64,000 nt of DNA from an uncultured Acidobacteriota bacterium (GCA_963827655.1 CAWHCF010000052.1:32001-96000), one strand, 5' to 3'. Counted from the first letter of the stretch, positions 52,846-62,620 are shown. The notes: generated by a model from the letters alone, not told the origin. Made by a program: numbers and translations.

Positions 52846-52874
52846 TTCAATCTGCAAGTCGAAGCAGGTAAAAT
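52846..52874 (+). promoter_or_regulatory. rnpB promoter
   Basis: TTCAAT-17 bp-TAAAAT, 7 nt before the RNA. Confidence 0.55.
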
Positions 52875-52881
52875 AGCCAAG

Positions 52882-53245
52882 TCGGAGTCAGCCAGGCAAT
52901 CGCGGTCCGTTAACGCGGACCGAGGAAAGTCCGAACTCCACAGGGCAGTGTGCCTCGTAACGCGAGGGAGGGGCGACCCTACGGAAAGTGCCACAGAAAA
53001 CATACCGCCTCCACTAAACCGGAGGTAAGGGTGAAAAGGTGCGGTAAGAGCGCACCGCGCGGCTGGTAACAGGCGCGGCACGGTAAACCCCACACGGAGC
53101 AAGGTCAAATAGAAAAGCGATTGAGGGCGGCCCGTCCGACGCTTTTGGGTAGACCGCTAGAGCCCTGGAGCGATCCAGGGACGAGATGAATGATTGCCGT
53201 CTCTGCTCCGCAGAGAAACAGAATTCGGCTTACGGCTGACTCCGA
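52882..53245 (+). ncRNA. rnpB: RNase P RNA (type A)
   Basis: GAGGAAAGTCCG, GGAAAGTGCCACAGAAAA, GGTAAGAGCGCACC, GGTAAACCCC, ACAGAATTCGGCTTA; P1 helix TCGGAGTCAGCC/GGCTGACTCCGA. Confidence 0.97.
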
Positions 53246-53254
53246 TCTTTCCTT

Positions 53255-54073
53255 TCACGGATACGATTCCTTTAGCTTTCCGGAAACCTTCCCGAGACTC
53301 GCCTTGGCCTCGAATTGAACTGGAAGCCGGCGATGATCGGTAGTAAGCCAGATTCTGAACTCACCCCCCGCCCTGAATAAACCTCCAAGAACCGCGACGG
53401 TATTGATTCTCCAGGTCTCGTAACTACCCTTCGGGGTCTCGATGACCTCCTTGGTCTCGACCCGAGCCACGACCTCTTTGACACGGTCATTATCCCCCAC
53501 CAGCGAACGATGGCTGATCCCGGCGCCGAGTTCTCGACGGCGCACTGAATAAAGGGCGGAGAAAACGTCCTGAACACACTCCGGTATGTCCTCGACCAGT
53601 TCATCGCGCCTCATCTTGGGAGGAACCGCTGCCACATCTACTTCGCGGATGTGCAAGCTCTTCTTCTCGGGATGGTAGACGACGTCAATATCGCGCTTGC
53701 GCTTTCCCTCACGCACTTTCTTGGTCACGCTGAAGGTGCAGAGCGTTTCAGCATCGGTCAGAAATTCAAAGTGATCGTCGATTTTCACTCCGGCCAGTTT
53801 AACCAGGGTACCACTCGAACGGGCATTAAAGATGATCTTGATCGCTTTCTTGTCTTTGTGGAGCGTCTCCCCGGCGACACTCAACTCCGCTTCTCCCGCA
53901 TCCATGGTTGGCAGAAAGAACAGATACCACGGAGGGCTCCACTCCACGTGATACACCAGTTTTTCTCCCACGGCGAAGGGCATTGAACCGGTCGCGGCGG
54001 GAGGCGGTTGTGATTGGGAGGCGGCGTTTCCCAGCAGCAACAGCGCCGCGACTGCGCTCCGTACAGCGGTCAT
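53255..54073 (-). CDS. DUF3108-like exported protein
   Basis: signal peptide; PFAVGEKLVY.V.W; QDVFSALY; E.I.TP.G.Y; IWLT.D..RLPV. Confidence 0.75.
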   Translation of the reverse strand: MTAVRSAVAALLLLGNAASQSQPPPAATGSMPFAVGEKLVYHVEWSPPWYLFFLPTMDAGEAELSVAGETLHKDKKAIKIIFNARSSGTLVKLAGVKIDDHFEFLTDAETLCTFSVTKKVREGKRKRDIDVVYHPEKKSLHIREVDVAAVPPKMRRDELVEDIPECVQDVFSALYSVRRRELGAGISHRSLVGDNDRVKEVVARVETKEVIETPKGSYETWRINTVAVLGGLFRAGGEFRIWLTTDHRRLPVQFEAKASLGKVSGKLKESYP

Positions 54074-55122
54074 CGCGGGTCTCTCGCTCTGGCTAACCGG
54101 CGCGTCACGGCACTGAAGACCTCTTCCACCGAAATATCCATGCATTCATTCTGAGTCGGGCAGCTCCGGCCGTAGCAGAAGCTGCAAGGAAGCAGATGCA
54201 CCACGACTTCGTCATGCTGCGATAGCGGCCCGTTCCGAACCGGTGAGGTCGGGCCGAAGACCCCGACCACAGGGGTTCCCAGCATTGACGCAAGATGAAA
54301 CGGGCCCGTGTCTCCTCCGATCACCAGCCGCGCTCCCTGGTAAAGCGGAATCAATTGGCGGAACGGGACCGAAAACTGCCGGGGTGGCGCCCCCGTGCAG
54401 TGACGGCACATCTCTTCGAACAGCGGCTCTTCGCCGGGCCCTGTGGTCACGACCACGCCCAGCTTCAATTCCTCCTGGATGCGCGACGCCAGCGCTCCGT
54501 ATTTCGCCGCATTCCATCGCTTGGTCGGCCAACCACCCCCCGGATTGATGACGACATACTCGGAGAGTCGGTCGACCCGAAGCCGCGCCAGTATTGTATC
54601 CCGATCGTCATCACTAACGCTGAGCGGGAATGGTCCCGAACTCGCAATTCCTCCGGCCGCGCGCGCAAGCTCCTGGTTAAGCCGCGTCACATGAGTCTGC
54701 TGCGCCGGCGGTCTCAGGTAATGATGATAAAACCAGTGAGCCGGACGCTCGCGGACGAGCTCTCGAGAAAACCCCATTCGGACCTTGGCGCCTGTCAGGT
54801 AAATCAAAAAGGCCGTCTTCAGAAGGCCCTGGAAATCGAGCGCAAGATCGTAGCGGCGGGCGCGCAGTTTGCGGATCAACCGGCCGCATTGGCGCCAGGC
54901 ATCGAGACTCCAGGGTCGGGAACGTAACGACTTTGTGTCGAGCACCATCAGCTGGTTGAGGCCGGGAAGCGCGGCCAGCAGAAATTTCATGCGCTTTTCA
55001 ACCAGCCAATCAATCTCAGCCTCCGGAAAGGCGGCGCGCAGGCTTTGGAAGGCGGGAAGCGTATGCAGAATGTCGCCCAGAGAACTCAGACGAACTACCA
55101 GGATCTTGCGCGGGAGACTCAT
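54070..55122 (-). CDS. waaC: LPS heptosyltransferase I (GT9)
   Basis: ILVVRLSSLGDILH, DFQGLLK, NPGGGW..KRW, GGDTGPFHLA. Confidence 0.88.
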   Translation of the reverse strand: MSLPRKILVVRLSSLGDILHTLPAFQSLRAAFPEAEIDWLVEKRMKFLLAALPGLNQLMVLDTKSLRSRPWSLDAWRQCGRLIRKLRARRYDLALDFQGLLKTAFLIYLTGAKVRMGFSRELVRERPAHWFYHHYLRPPAQQTHVTRLNQELARAAGGIASSGPFPLSVSDDDRDTILARLRVDRLSEYVVINPGGGWPTKRWNAAKYGALASRIQEELKLGVVVTTGPGEEPLFEEMCRHCTGAPPRQFSVPFRQLIPLYQGARLVIGGDTGPFHLASMLGTPVVGVFGPTSPVRNGPLSQHDEVVVHLLPCSFCYGRSCPTQNECMDISVEEVFSAVTRRLARARDPR

Positions 55123-55694
55123 AGGTTTCGCTTCGCCAGGATGGTCTCGATCAGGTCCCGCGTGGAATGCCTCTTGGGGTCTCCCACGATGGCCACGCTT
55201 CCTCCGTATGAGCGGACGGTTTCTCGTTCCGGCACGGTGTCGCTGCTGTAGTCGGTTCCCTTGGCATGAATGTCCGGGGTCAGCTGCAACAGGATGTCAT
55301 CGACGGTGGGAGCGTCGAAGATCGTAACGTAGTCCACGCATTCGAGAGCCCCCACGATTTCTGATCTTTCGTCCTGGGACTGCAGCGGCCGTCCGGGTCC
55401 TTTAATCCGGGCAACCGAACTGTCGCTATTAAGCGCGACTACCAGGACATCACCGAGCGCCTTCGCCTCGCGAAGGTATCGCGTGTGTCCGACATGAATC
55501 AGATCGAAGCAGCCGTTGGCCAGGACGACCCGGCGTCCCGCAGCGCGCAGGCTTGTCACAAGCTGCTTCAATTCCGACACGGTCTTCGATTGCTTGCGGA
55601 TCGCGGATTGCAGATAATCATGGTCGTCACCAAGAAACTCGCTTGCCGATGGAGACGCGAAGACATCCAAGCGCAATTCAATCCGCAACGGCAA
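55119..55694 (-). CDS. rfaE2: D-glycero-beta-D-manno-heptose 1-phosphate adenylyltransferase (RfaE2/HldE domain II); start uncertain, possibly fused to the upstream kinase
   Basis: ANGCFDLIHVGH..YL..AK..GD.LVVALNSD.SV..KGPGRP, HAKGTDY, HST. Confidence 0.88.
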   Translation of the reverse strand: MPLRIELRLDVFASPSASEFLGDDHDYLQSAIRKQSKTVSELKQLVTSLRAAGRRVVLANGCFDLIHVGHTRYLREAKALGDVLVVALNSDSSVARIKGPGRPLQSQDERSEIVGALECVDYVTIFDAPTVDDILLQLTPDIHAKGTDYSSDTVPERETVRSYGGSVAIVGDPKRHSTRDLIETILAKRNL

Positions 55695-56743
55695 GTCCTG
55701 GTTGATGGCGGCTCGAAGTTCCTCGGGGTCACTGTAGCCGTGCCTCGCTTCATGACAACGATACCCCCTGCGTAATTGGCGAGTCGCGCAGCTTCCTCCG
55801 GAGACCCGCCGCAGGCAAGAGCCAGAGTGAAGACGGCAATGACCGTGTCGCCCGCCCCGGTAACGTCCGCAACTTCATCGGTCCCGAAAATCGGGATATG
55901 GGTCGGAGGGCGGCCCGCCTCCAACAGCGTCATGCCGAAGCGGCCCTGAGTAACCAGAAGGTGGGCGAGTCGTTGCTTCCGAATTACCCGGCGGCCCGCC
56001 TGTTGCAGGAGCCGCGCGTTGGAACCAATTGAAACGCCCAGCGCGGACTCGAGCTCGGTTATGTTAGGCGTGATCGACGTTACGCCTTTGAACCCGGTCA
56101 TTCGGAACCTGGAATCTGCCACCACTGGAATGCGATTCTGCGCTGCCACCCTGGTCGCGGTTTCAACCAGCGACGGCGTGACGCAGCCATAACCGTAGTC
56201 GCTCAAGACAATGCCGTCCACGGAGCTTAACCTGGCGCGCAGCCGTCTCTCGGGAATTCGAAAATCAGAATCGAGTTCCGCGGCACGATCCACCCTGACA
56301 ATCTGCTGCCGAGAAGAATGGAGCGCCCCAGCCAGAATTCGCGTTTTGACGGGCGTCGCGTACGATTCGAGTCGCTGGACATCATCGACATCGGCGCCTT
56401 TGTTCGCGAGCGCCTCCACAAGAATTCGTCCCGATTCGTCGTTCCCGACCGCCCCTTCCATCCTGACATGGCATCCGAGATCGAGCAGGTTATTGGCTGC
56501 GTTAGCTGCTCCCCCGGGAATGGTGATCAGATCGCGATACTGTAGAACCAGGACCGGAGCTTCGCGTGAAACGCGCGCAATCTCCCCGTAGAGAAACTGA
56601 TCGGCAATGAGATCGCCCGCGACCACCAGGCTCCGGCGCGAGAACTGGTCCAGGATACGAAGCAGCCGGTCGCGCAAGCCTGCACTTGCGGCAACACCGG
56701 CTTTACCCTTTCGTTGCGGGAGAGGGGCCAACCGCTCCTTCAT
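55568..56743 (-). CDS. rfaE1: D-glycero-beta-D-manno-heptose-7-phosphate kinase (RfaE1/HldE domain I); probable frameshift near 55725
   Basis: RVSREAPV, GGAANAA, SDYGYG, TPN..E, DVTGAGDTV, AN.AGG.VV.KRGTA. Confidence 0.88.
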   Translation of the reverse strand: MKERLAPLPQRKGKAGVAASAGLRDRLLRILDQFSRRSLVVAGDLIADQFLYGEIARVSREAPVLVLQYRDLITIPGGAANAANNLLDLGCHVRMEGAVGNDESGRILVEALANKGADVDDVQRLESYATPVKTRILAGALHSSRQQIVRVDRAAELDSDFRIPERRLRARLSSVDGIVLSDYGYGCVTPSLVETATRVAAQNRIPVVADSRFRMTGFKGVTSITPNITELESALGVSIGSNARLLQQAGRRVIRKQRLAHLLVTQGRFGMTLLEAGRPPTHIPIFGTDEVADVTGAGDTVIAVFTLALACGGSPEEAARLANYAGGIVVMKRGTATVTPRNFEPPSTRTCRCGLNCAWMSSRLHRQASFLVTTMIICNPRSASNRRPCRN

Positions 56744-56768
56744 TTTGCTCTCCTGACGCGACGACTGT

Positions 56769-57362
56769 TCAATCGTCAATCGTCAATCGTAAATCGTCAA
56801 TCGCGATGATCCATTCTGCGGCATCGGATAGGTCGCGCGCTACGTAATCAGGCTGCCGGCTCCACGTCTGCTTGTCGCTGGAGTACTCCCCTTCGCCGTA
56901 ACCGGAGAGGACGAGGATAGAGCGCGCCCGGGCCCGAAATCCCGTTTCCAGGTCACGGTAGCGATCGCCGACCATGAAACTGGCGGCGAGGTCCACGTCA
57001 AACTCGCGGGCCGCCCGCTCGAGCATTCCAAGGCCTGGCTTGCGGCAATCGCATTGACGCCGATACAAGCTGACGGTGCCCTCGGGATGGTGCGGGCAAT
57101 AGTAGATGGCGTCCAAATAGGCGCCTTCCCGTGCCAACTCCTGTCGCAGCTTGGCGTGAATCCTTTGAACCACCTCTTCAGAAAAGTATCCGCGAGCGAC
57201 TCCTGATTGGTTCGTCACCAGGATAACCCGAAGCCCGGCCCGGTTGAGCCTTCGGATGGCTGGAGCCGCGCAAGGGTAAAGTCTGAAGCGCTCCACCTGA
57301 TCGATGTAGCCAGTCTCCTCACTGACCGTGCCGTCGCGATCGATGAAGACAGCCTGGCGCAT
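56769..57362 (-). CDS. gmhB: D-glycero-manno-heptose 1,7-bisphosphate phosphatase
   Basis: FIDRDGT, VTNQSGVARG, CPHHP..CDCRKP, MVGD. Confidence 0.93.
   Translation of the reverse strand: MRQAVFIDRDGTVSEETGYIDQVERFRLYPCAAPAIRRLNRAGLRVILVTNQSGVARGYFSEEVVQRIHAKLRQELAREGAYLDAIYYCPHHPEGTVSLYRRQCDCRKPGLGMLERAAREFDVDLAASFMVGDRYRDLETGFRARARSILVLSGYGEGEYSSDKQTWSRQPDYVARDLSDAAEWIIAIDDLRLTIDD
56770..56803. repeat. (CAATCGT)x5 heptamer array
   Basis: overlaps the gmhB 3' end. Confidence 0.85.
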
Positions 57363-57374
57363 CGAAACCCCCAC

Positions 57375-57465
57375 ATCGATTTACGATTGACGATTGACGA
57401 TTGTGGGTGCCGCCTCTCCGCGCCGGTTCAAATCGTCAATCGTCAATCGTCAATCGTAAATCGAT
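57375..57465. repeat. perfect 29 bp inverted repeat made of CGATTGA heptamers
   Basis: ATCGATTTACGATTGACGATTGACGATTG (57375-57403) and its exact reverse complement (57437-57465). Confidence 0.92.
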
Positions 57466-58548
57466 CAGAAATCCCCGCGGTTCCCGGTCGAGCTGTTTCA
57501 CCGCCACGCTCAAAACCTGCTCAACTGAAATGCGGGTCATACAGCGAAAGTCAATCGGGCACTCGCGCAGGAAACAGGGGCTGCACTCTACCGCTTGCTT
57601 GATCACATGAGCGCGCGGGCTGAATGGCCCGGTGGCGGTTTCACTGGTCGATCCAAAGATCGCGATTTGCGGCACGTCAAGCGCCGCAGCCAGGTGCATG
57701 GGGCCTGAATCATTGGTAATGAACAAGCTGCAATCCTTGATGAGAGCCATCAGCTGGCCTAATGAAGTCAGGCCCGAGCATACGACCGGCGTGTGCCGCA
57801 TCTGGCCGGCGATCTCCCGGGCCAGGTGGCGTTCATCAGCGGCTCCGAAAATGAGGATCTTGGCCCCGCGCTTTTCCGCCAGCTCGTCGGCCACGCGGGC
57901 ATACCGGTCTGTGAGCCATCGCTTGGCCCAGCCATAGGCTGCGCCCGGATTCAGCCCGATGATAATCTGACCTGGCAAGGCGCCGCTTTTGGTGAGCAAT
58001 TCCCTTGCCGCCGCGGCGTCCGCGTCCCTCACTCGGACGTCGACCGAAGGGCGATACGCGCCGTTTCGCCACGGCGTGCCAGGCAAGAGTCCCGCACCCG
58101 AGAGGATACCGAGATAGTAGTAGATCTGATGGACCTTGAGCACGTCGGGGTCGATCTTGCATCGGTGAGTAAGAAACAGACCTCGACCGTCGCGCGTGTA
58201 GCCCAGTCGCTGGGGAATGCCCGCCCACCAGGCGATCAGGGCGGCCTCCATCGCGTTTTGAAGAAGTATCGCCAGGTCGAATCGCCTCTGTCGAATCTCG
58301 CGTACGATTCTTCTCAGGCCGCTCCAGCCCTGGTGCGCTCCACGCTTGTCATACTCGATAATCTCGTCAACAAAATCGACGGCGGAATATACATCCTTCA
58401 CCCAGGGCCGTACCAGGAGGGAGACCTCCGCCTGTGGAAAAAGACGGCGGATCTCCTTCAACGCAGGCACGGACATGACGGCATCACCGATCCAGTTGGT
58501 GCCTCGAACCAGGATTTTCCGCACGCGTCCGGGCTCAATCGGTCTCAT
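57436..58548 (-). CDS. waaF: LPS heptosyltransferase II (GT9)
   Basis: ILVRGTNWIGDAVMS, NPGAAYG.AKRW, TNDSGPMHLAAA, CSPC..RECP. Confidence 0.92.
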   Translation of the reverse strand: MRPIEPGRVRKILVRGTNWIGDAVMSVPALKEIRRLFPQAEVSLLVRPWVKDVYSAVDFVDEIIEYDKRGAHQGWSGLRRIVREIRQRRFDLAILLQNAMEAALIAWWAGIPQRLGYTRDGRGLFLTHRCKIDPDVLKVHQIYYYLGILSGAGLLPGTPWRNGAYRPSVDVRVRDADAAAARELLTKSGALPGQIIIGLNPGAAYGWAKRWLTDRYARVADELAEKRGAKILIFGAADERHLAREIAGQMRHTPVVCSGLTSLGQLMALIKDCSLFITNDSGPMHLAAALDVPQIAIFGSTSETATGPFSPRAHVIKQAVECSPCFLRECPIDFRCMTRISVEQVLSVAVKQLDREPRGFLIDLRLTIDD

Positions 58549-59599
58549 TTGGACTTTCAATCAGCGTTCCGACGATTCGCTGAAAGACTTCCGGCTCATG
58601 CATGCGGGTCGATTGCACCGACACCAGAAGAGGAAACTCCGGCGCCGCGGATAACTTCACCGCGTCTTTTTCGGTCGTGATCATCGCTTCGGCTCGACTG
58701 CTTCGAGCCTCCTTGACGCACTGGACCAACGCCCGTGGGCTCAACGGTTGATGATCGCGAAAAAACCGGGTTCCCACGATGCGCACGCCGAGAGTCTTGA
58801 TATCGTCGCGAAACCGCTCCGGATTTCCTACCGCGGCGACCAGAAAGGCCGAACCGGGATTGCTGTTGTTTCCGGTTATCCGTGAAGTGCTCCAGCGCTC
58901 ATACGGGACAAGGGCGTCCACCCTCTGAACACAATGCAGGATCTGGGCCCTGGGATTGATTTCTCTCACGGAAGCTTCCAGCGGATCGGCGCTCCCCTGG
59001 TAACGTCCGTTAATAAGAACAACCTGGGCGCGCTCGAGACCCGTCAGCGGCTCGCGCAGCGTACCGCGGGGGAAGACGCGATTGGCGGAGAGCGGCTGTG
59101 CGCGATCGACCACTACTATGTCGAGGTCACGGTGGAGCTTTCGATGCTGGAAACCGTCGTCCAGAATGAACACCGCATCGGGTCTTTGCTCGAGGACCCT
59201 TTGTCCCGCGGCCCGTCGGTCTTTAGATACTCCCAGCCATATTGCAGGCACGCGGCGGCGAACCAGAGCCGGTTCATCGCCGGCGCGCCGGACGAGATCC
59301 GAGACTTCGTCTTCAGGGCCAAATACCTGGATCCTGTCCCGGGAGTGTCTGCCATATCCCCGGCTCAGAAGCGCCGGGGCAGCGTTTAGCTTGCCCAGGA
59401 GCTCGGCCAGGTAGATGGCCAGCGGAGTCTTGCCGGTTCCGCCGAGTGTCAGATTGCCGATGCTGATGACCGGCCGGGGCAAGCGAGTCTGACGCAACCA
59501 CCCTGAGGCATAAAGTTCGTTGCGCGCCCGCACGATGGCTTCGAAGACAAAGCTCGGAACCGACAGGTAGGGTGACGGGGTCGCCGAAACAAAGGACAT
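58535..59599 (-). CDS. lpxK: tetraacyldisaccharide 4'-kinase
   Basis: ISIGNLTLGGTGKTP, LSRGYG, GDEP, LDDGFQH, TTEKDAVK. Confidence 0.95.
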   Translation of the reverse strand: MSFVSATPSPYLSVPSFVFEAIVRARNELYASGWLRQTRLPRPVISIGNLTLGGTGKTPLAIYLAELLGKLNAAPALLSRGYGRHSRDRIQVFGPEDEVSDLVRRAGDEPALVRRRVPAIWLGVSKDRRAAGQRVLEQRPDAVFILDDGFQHRKLHRDLDIVVVDRAQPLSANRVFPRGTLREPLTGLERAQVVLINGRYQGSADPLEASVREINPRAQILHCVQRVDALVPYERWSTSRITGNNSNPGSAFLVAAVGNPERFRDDIKTLGVRIVGTRFFRDHQPLSPRALVQCVKEARSSRAEAMITTEKDAVKLSAAPEFPLLVSVQSTRMHEPEVFQRIVGTLIESPNETD

Positions 59600-59605
59600 G
59601 CGTGA

Positions 59606-60883
59606 TTATGGAATACCGGAAAGAAGAAAATCCATGGTGTTATCGGTCGCCCCCTGGTTTTGCCTGAAGGTGCTGGCAGCGCGCTGCCCGAGGATATTCC
59701 GAGCCCTGGTATTCCGGAGAAGCTCAATCAAGGCGCCAGGAAGTGATTCCAGAGTGGACTGGCGGGCTGCCTGCTCGTGCAAGAAAACCCGGGCTATCTC
59801 CCTGAAATTCGACATTTCCGGACCAAAGATGATGGCCTTGCCGAATGCGGCCGGCTCGAGCGGATTGTGTCCCCCGTGAGGAAGAAGGAAACTGCCTCCG
59901 ACTACAGCCACGGTTGCGAGAGAATAGACCGCGCGCAGCTCGCCAATGGTATCGAGCAGCACGACGTCGGCTGATAAACCGCCGTCCAATTCGGTGCGGC
60001 GCGCGAAGGCCACGCCAGAGCCTTTGAGAAGATCTGCTACTTCGTCGAATCGTTCAGGATGACGCGGGGCCAGAATCATGCGGGCGTTAGAAATCGTCTG
60101 CCGCACTTTACCAAATGCCGCCAAAAAGTGCGGCTCTTCTCCCTTCATGCTGCTTCCCACCACAATGGTGACCACCCCTTGATCCAGGCGCAGGGTCGAT
60201 TTGATCTTTGACAGCAAGTCGCGGTGCGGTTCCAGTTCGGGTATGGGGAAGTCGAATTTGAGGTTCCCTGTCACTCTGACCCGCCGCTCCTCGGCCCCCA
60301 GTTCCAGGAAGCGGTTCTTGTCTTCATGGGATTGTGTCCCGATCACCGTCAGGTGGTGGAGCATGCTGCCGGCCAGCATCTTGAGGCGCCGGTAGCGCCG
60401 CAGCGACCGGTCGGAAATTCTCCCGTTGGCAACGAAGACCGGAATCTCCTTTCGCGCGCAGGCTCTGAGGAAGTTCGGCCACAATTCCGTTTCCATGAGG
60501 ACAACGGCGCGCGGCTCCACTCTCGAGAGAAACCGCTTGACGCTGAAGTTCCAGTCAAAAGGGAAGTAGAAGACATCGGCCGCGGGCGACAGTTCTTTCC
60601 GGGCCAGCGCCTGGCCCGTCAACGTAACGGTAGAGCAGACAACCGGAAGCTGCGGCCGCGTCTTCTGGAGAGACAAGACCACAGGTTTGGCCGCCAGGAC
60701 CTCACCGACCGAGACACAATGGATCCAGAGAGGTCTCTGCCCGGGATGCGCATCCGGAAGCTTCAAGCCCAGCCGCTGTCGGAAGTTGGCTATGTACTTC
60801 TTCTCCCTGATCGCCTTATATATCCAGTAGGGAGAACCGACCAAGGCTGAAACGGTGAGAACCAGAGAGTACAGGAAATACAT
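59606..60883 (-). CDS. waaA: 3-deoxy-D-manno-octulosonic acid transferase
   Basis: WIHCVSVGE, ETELWPN, NGRIS, GNLKFD, PRHPERF, DTIGEL, GGHNPLEP. Confidence 0.95.
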   Translation of the reverse strand: MYFLYSLVLTVSALVGSPYWIYKAIREKKYIANFRQRLGLKLPDAHPGQRPLWIHCVSVGEVLAAKPVVLSLQKTRPQLPVVCSTVTLTGQALARKELSPAADVFYFPFDWNFSVKRFLSRVEPRAVVLMETELWPNFLRACARKEIPVFVANGRISDRSLRRYRRLKMLAGSMLHHLTVIGTQSHEDKNRFLELGAEERRVRVTGNLKFDFPIPELEPHRDLLSKIKSTLRLDQGVVTIVVGSSMKGEEPHFLAAFGKVRQTISNARMILAPRHPERFDEVADLLKGSGVAFARRTELDGGLSADVVLLDTIGELRAVYSLATVAVVGGSFLLPHGGHNPLEPAAFGKAIIFGPEMSNFREIARVFLHEQAARQSTLESLPGALIELLRNTRARNILGQRAASTFRQNQGATDNTMDFLLSGIP

Positions 60884-60972
60884 GGCAGTAATAATTCCTT
60901 AATCGAGGCGCAAATGCTCTCGCCCGCATATTCTAATCAGGACCTCACCCCGTGGAAACATTTGCGTTTCGC

Positions 60973-61026
60973 TCTTCTTGGTGTGTTACTTGACGCGCCA
61001 ACCACGAAGGCGCGAAGACACCCAGG
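60973..61026. repeat. 9-mer-unit element abutting cassette A
   Basis: TCTTCTTGGTG...AACCACGAAGGCGCGAAGACACCCAGG. Confidence 0.65.
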
Positions 61027-61035
61027 GCAGGATGT

Positions 61036-61338
61036 GTGCTTAACCGTTTTGGGAACCGTCCTCGTTCCCGTTCCCGTCCACGTTCCCGATCAATCGACGT
61101 CGAGGCGCTTGGTGAGCTTAATCAACATCGACACGACGCGTTCGAGCATCGCCTTGCTGGCGCGCATCGATAAGCTTGAGCCATACGCAAACGTCAAGTA
61201 TGACTGCGGACTCGGTCGCTGGCCCAGCGGGGCTGAGATAATAGCGGCGCAATCGGCATTACTGTAGGATGCCGCCGGGAAAACGGGAACGGAAACGGGA
61301 ACGTGTACGAGGAGGGAACCCCCAGTTTGGTTAAGCGC
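61036..61338 (-). mobile_element. TIR-bounded cassette A with a degenerate C-terminal half of a four-helix-bundle protein gene
   Basis: ends GTGCTTAACC / GGTTAAGCGC; subterminal GGGAAC hexamer arrays; remnant RRYYLS..ATESA.ILDVC..LKLID..KAMLERVVSMLIKLTKRLDVD*. Confidence 0.75.
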
Positions 61339-61376
61339 CTAAGGCCAGGATCGTCCCCTTTTGGTTAATTCCCGGC

Positions 61377-61387
61377 TGTGCTAAACT
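61377..61387 (+). promoter_or_regulatory. extended -10 promoter for the aminotransferase gene
   Basis: TGTGCTAAACT. Confidence 0.45.
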
Positions 61388-61447
61388 TCGCGTCTTTCAT
61401 CGATGAGAAGCGGGCGCCCGCGCGCTTCTCCGTGAGGGAACGGATCC

Positions 61448-62620
61448 ATGAAGCCAATCGTTAAACGCCGCGTGTTCACGCCAGGTCCCACCCCGTTGCT
61501 GCCGGAAGCGATTTTGCCGGCACTGGTGGCGCCCATGCATCACCGGAAGGGGGATTTCAAGGCGCTCTTTCGTGAGGTGCAACAGGGCCTCGGACAAGTC
61601 TTCAAGACACGAAACGAGATCCTGCTCCTAGGTTGCTCCGGAAGCGGGGCCATGGAAGCTGCCATGACCAACCTGCTGGCTCCCGGACAGAAGGCCGTCG
61701 TGGCGGTTGCGGGAAAGTTCGGCGAGCGCTGGATGGAGCTGGCTGAAAAATTCGGCGTCCGAGCTGAAGTGGTGAAGGTGCCCTACGGCCAGTCAGTGAC
61801 GCCAGACCAGATTTCCGCCGCGCTGTCTAAAGATCCTGAGATCAGCGCCGTTTTTGTCCAGGCCACAGAAACATCCACGGGCGCCCGAATGGATATTGAA
61901 AGAATCGGAGCCCTGGTCAAACGCCAGGAAAACACCCTCCTCGTGGTCGACGCTATAACGGGCCTGGGAACGTCGCCCCTGCACACCGACGAGTGGGGGC
62001 TCGACATCGTCATTGGCGGATCTCAAAAAGCGTTCATGGTTCCTCCCGGGGTTGCGATGATGTCGGTCAGCGCGAAGGCCTGGAAGCAGATTGAGAAATG
62101 TGCTCGCCCTCGCTACTACTTTGACCTCGTGCGCGAACGGGCGGGGCAGCGAGAGGGCCAGAGCGCATTTACGCCATCCATATCCATCATTCAGGGATTA
62201 AAGGCTTCGCTTGATCTCATCCTTAAGGAAGGTGTGGATGGTCTGGTATTCAACGCCTCGCTGCAGGCGGGCGCTACGCGGGCGGCCATTACCAGCTGGG
62301 GGATGAAAATATTCCCGGACTGCCCCAGCGACGCGACTACCGCGTTCGTCCCGCCGTCGGGACTCAGCGCCGCCAAGGTGCAGTCGCTCATGGAAGAAAG
62401 GTTTGGCGTATTGATAAGCGGTGGTCAGGGAAACCTCAAGGGAAAGCTTCTCCGGATCGGTCACCTGGGCTACTTCGACTTTCTGGAAACGCTCGGGATG
62501 ATCGCATGCCTTGAACTCTCCTTCGTGGAGGCGGGCGCAACCATCGAGCTGGGCACCGGAAGCCGGGCTGCCGTTGAATACTACCGGCAAGCAACGGGAG
62601 CAGGACGCCCAGGTGCTTGA
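61448..62620 (+). CDS. class V PLP aminotransferase (alanine/serine-glyoxylate family)
   Basis: FTPGPT, SGSGAMEAA, GKFGERW, ETSTG, VDAIT, GSQKAFMVPPG, RIGHLG. Confidence 0.92.
   Translation: MKPIVKRRVFTPGPTPLLPEAILPALVAPMHHRKGDFKALFREVQQGLGQVFKTRNEILLLGCSGSGAMEAAMTNLLAPGQKAVVAVAGKFGERWMELAEKFGVRAEVVKVPYGQSVTPDQISAALSKDPEISAVFVQATETSTGARMDIERIGALVKRQENTLLVVDAITGLGTSPLHTDEWGLDIVIGGSQKAFMVPPGVAMMSVSAKAWKQIEKCARPRYYFDLVRERAGQREGQSAFTPSISIIQGLKASLDLILKEGVDGLVFNASLQAGATRAAITSWGMKIFPDCPSDATTAFVPPSGLSAAKVQSLMEERFGVLISGGQGNLKGKLLRIGHLGYFDFLETLGMIACLELSFVEAGATIELGTGSRAAVEYYRQATGAGRPGA

Noticed and set aside
52695-53108. ORFs of 137 aa (minus) and 109 aa (plus) in this interval
   Set aside because: Shadow ORFs overlapping the RNase P RNA gene
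56770-57465. Short repeat arrays as a possible CRISPR array
   Set aside because: Units are 6-9 nt and tandem or inverted, there are no unique spacers between direct repeats, and no cas genes are present
61090-61259. Split four-helix-bundle protein assembling in trans from cassettes A and B
   Set aside because: The ATG of cassette A is out of frame with the C-terminal remnant, which itself contains another frame break
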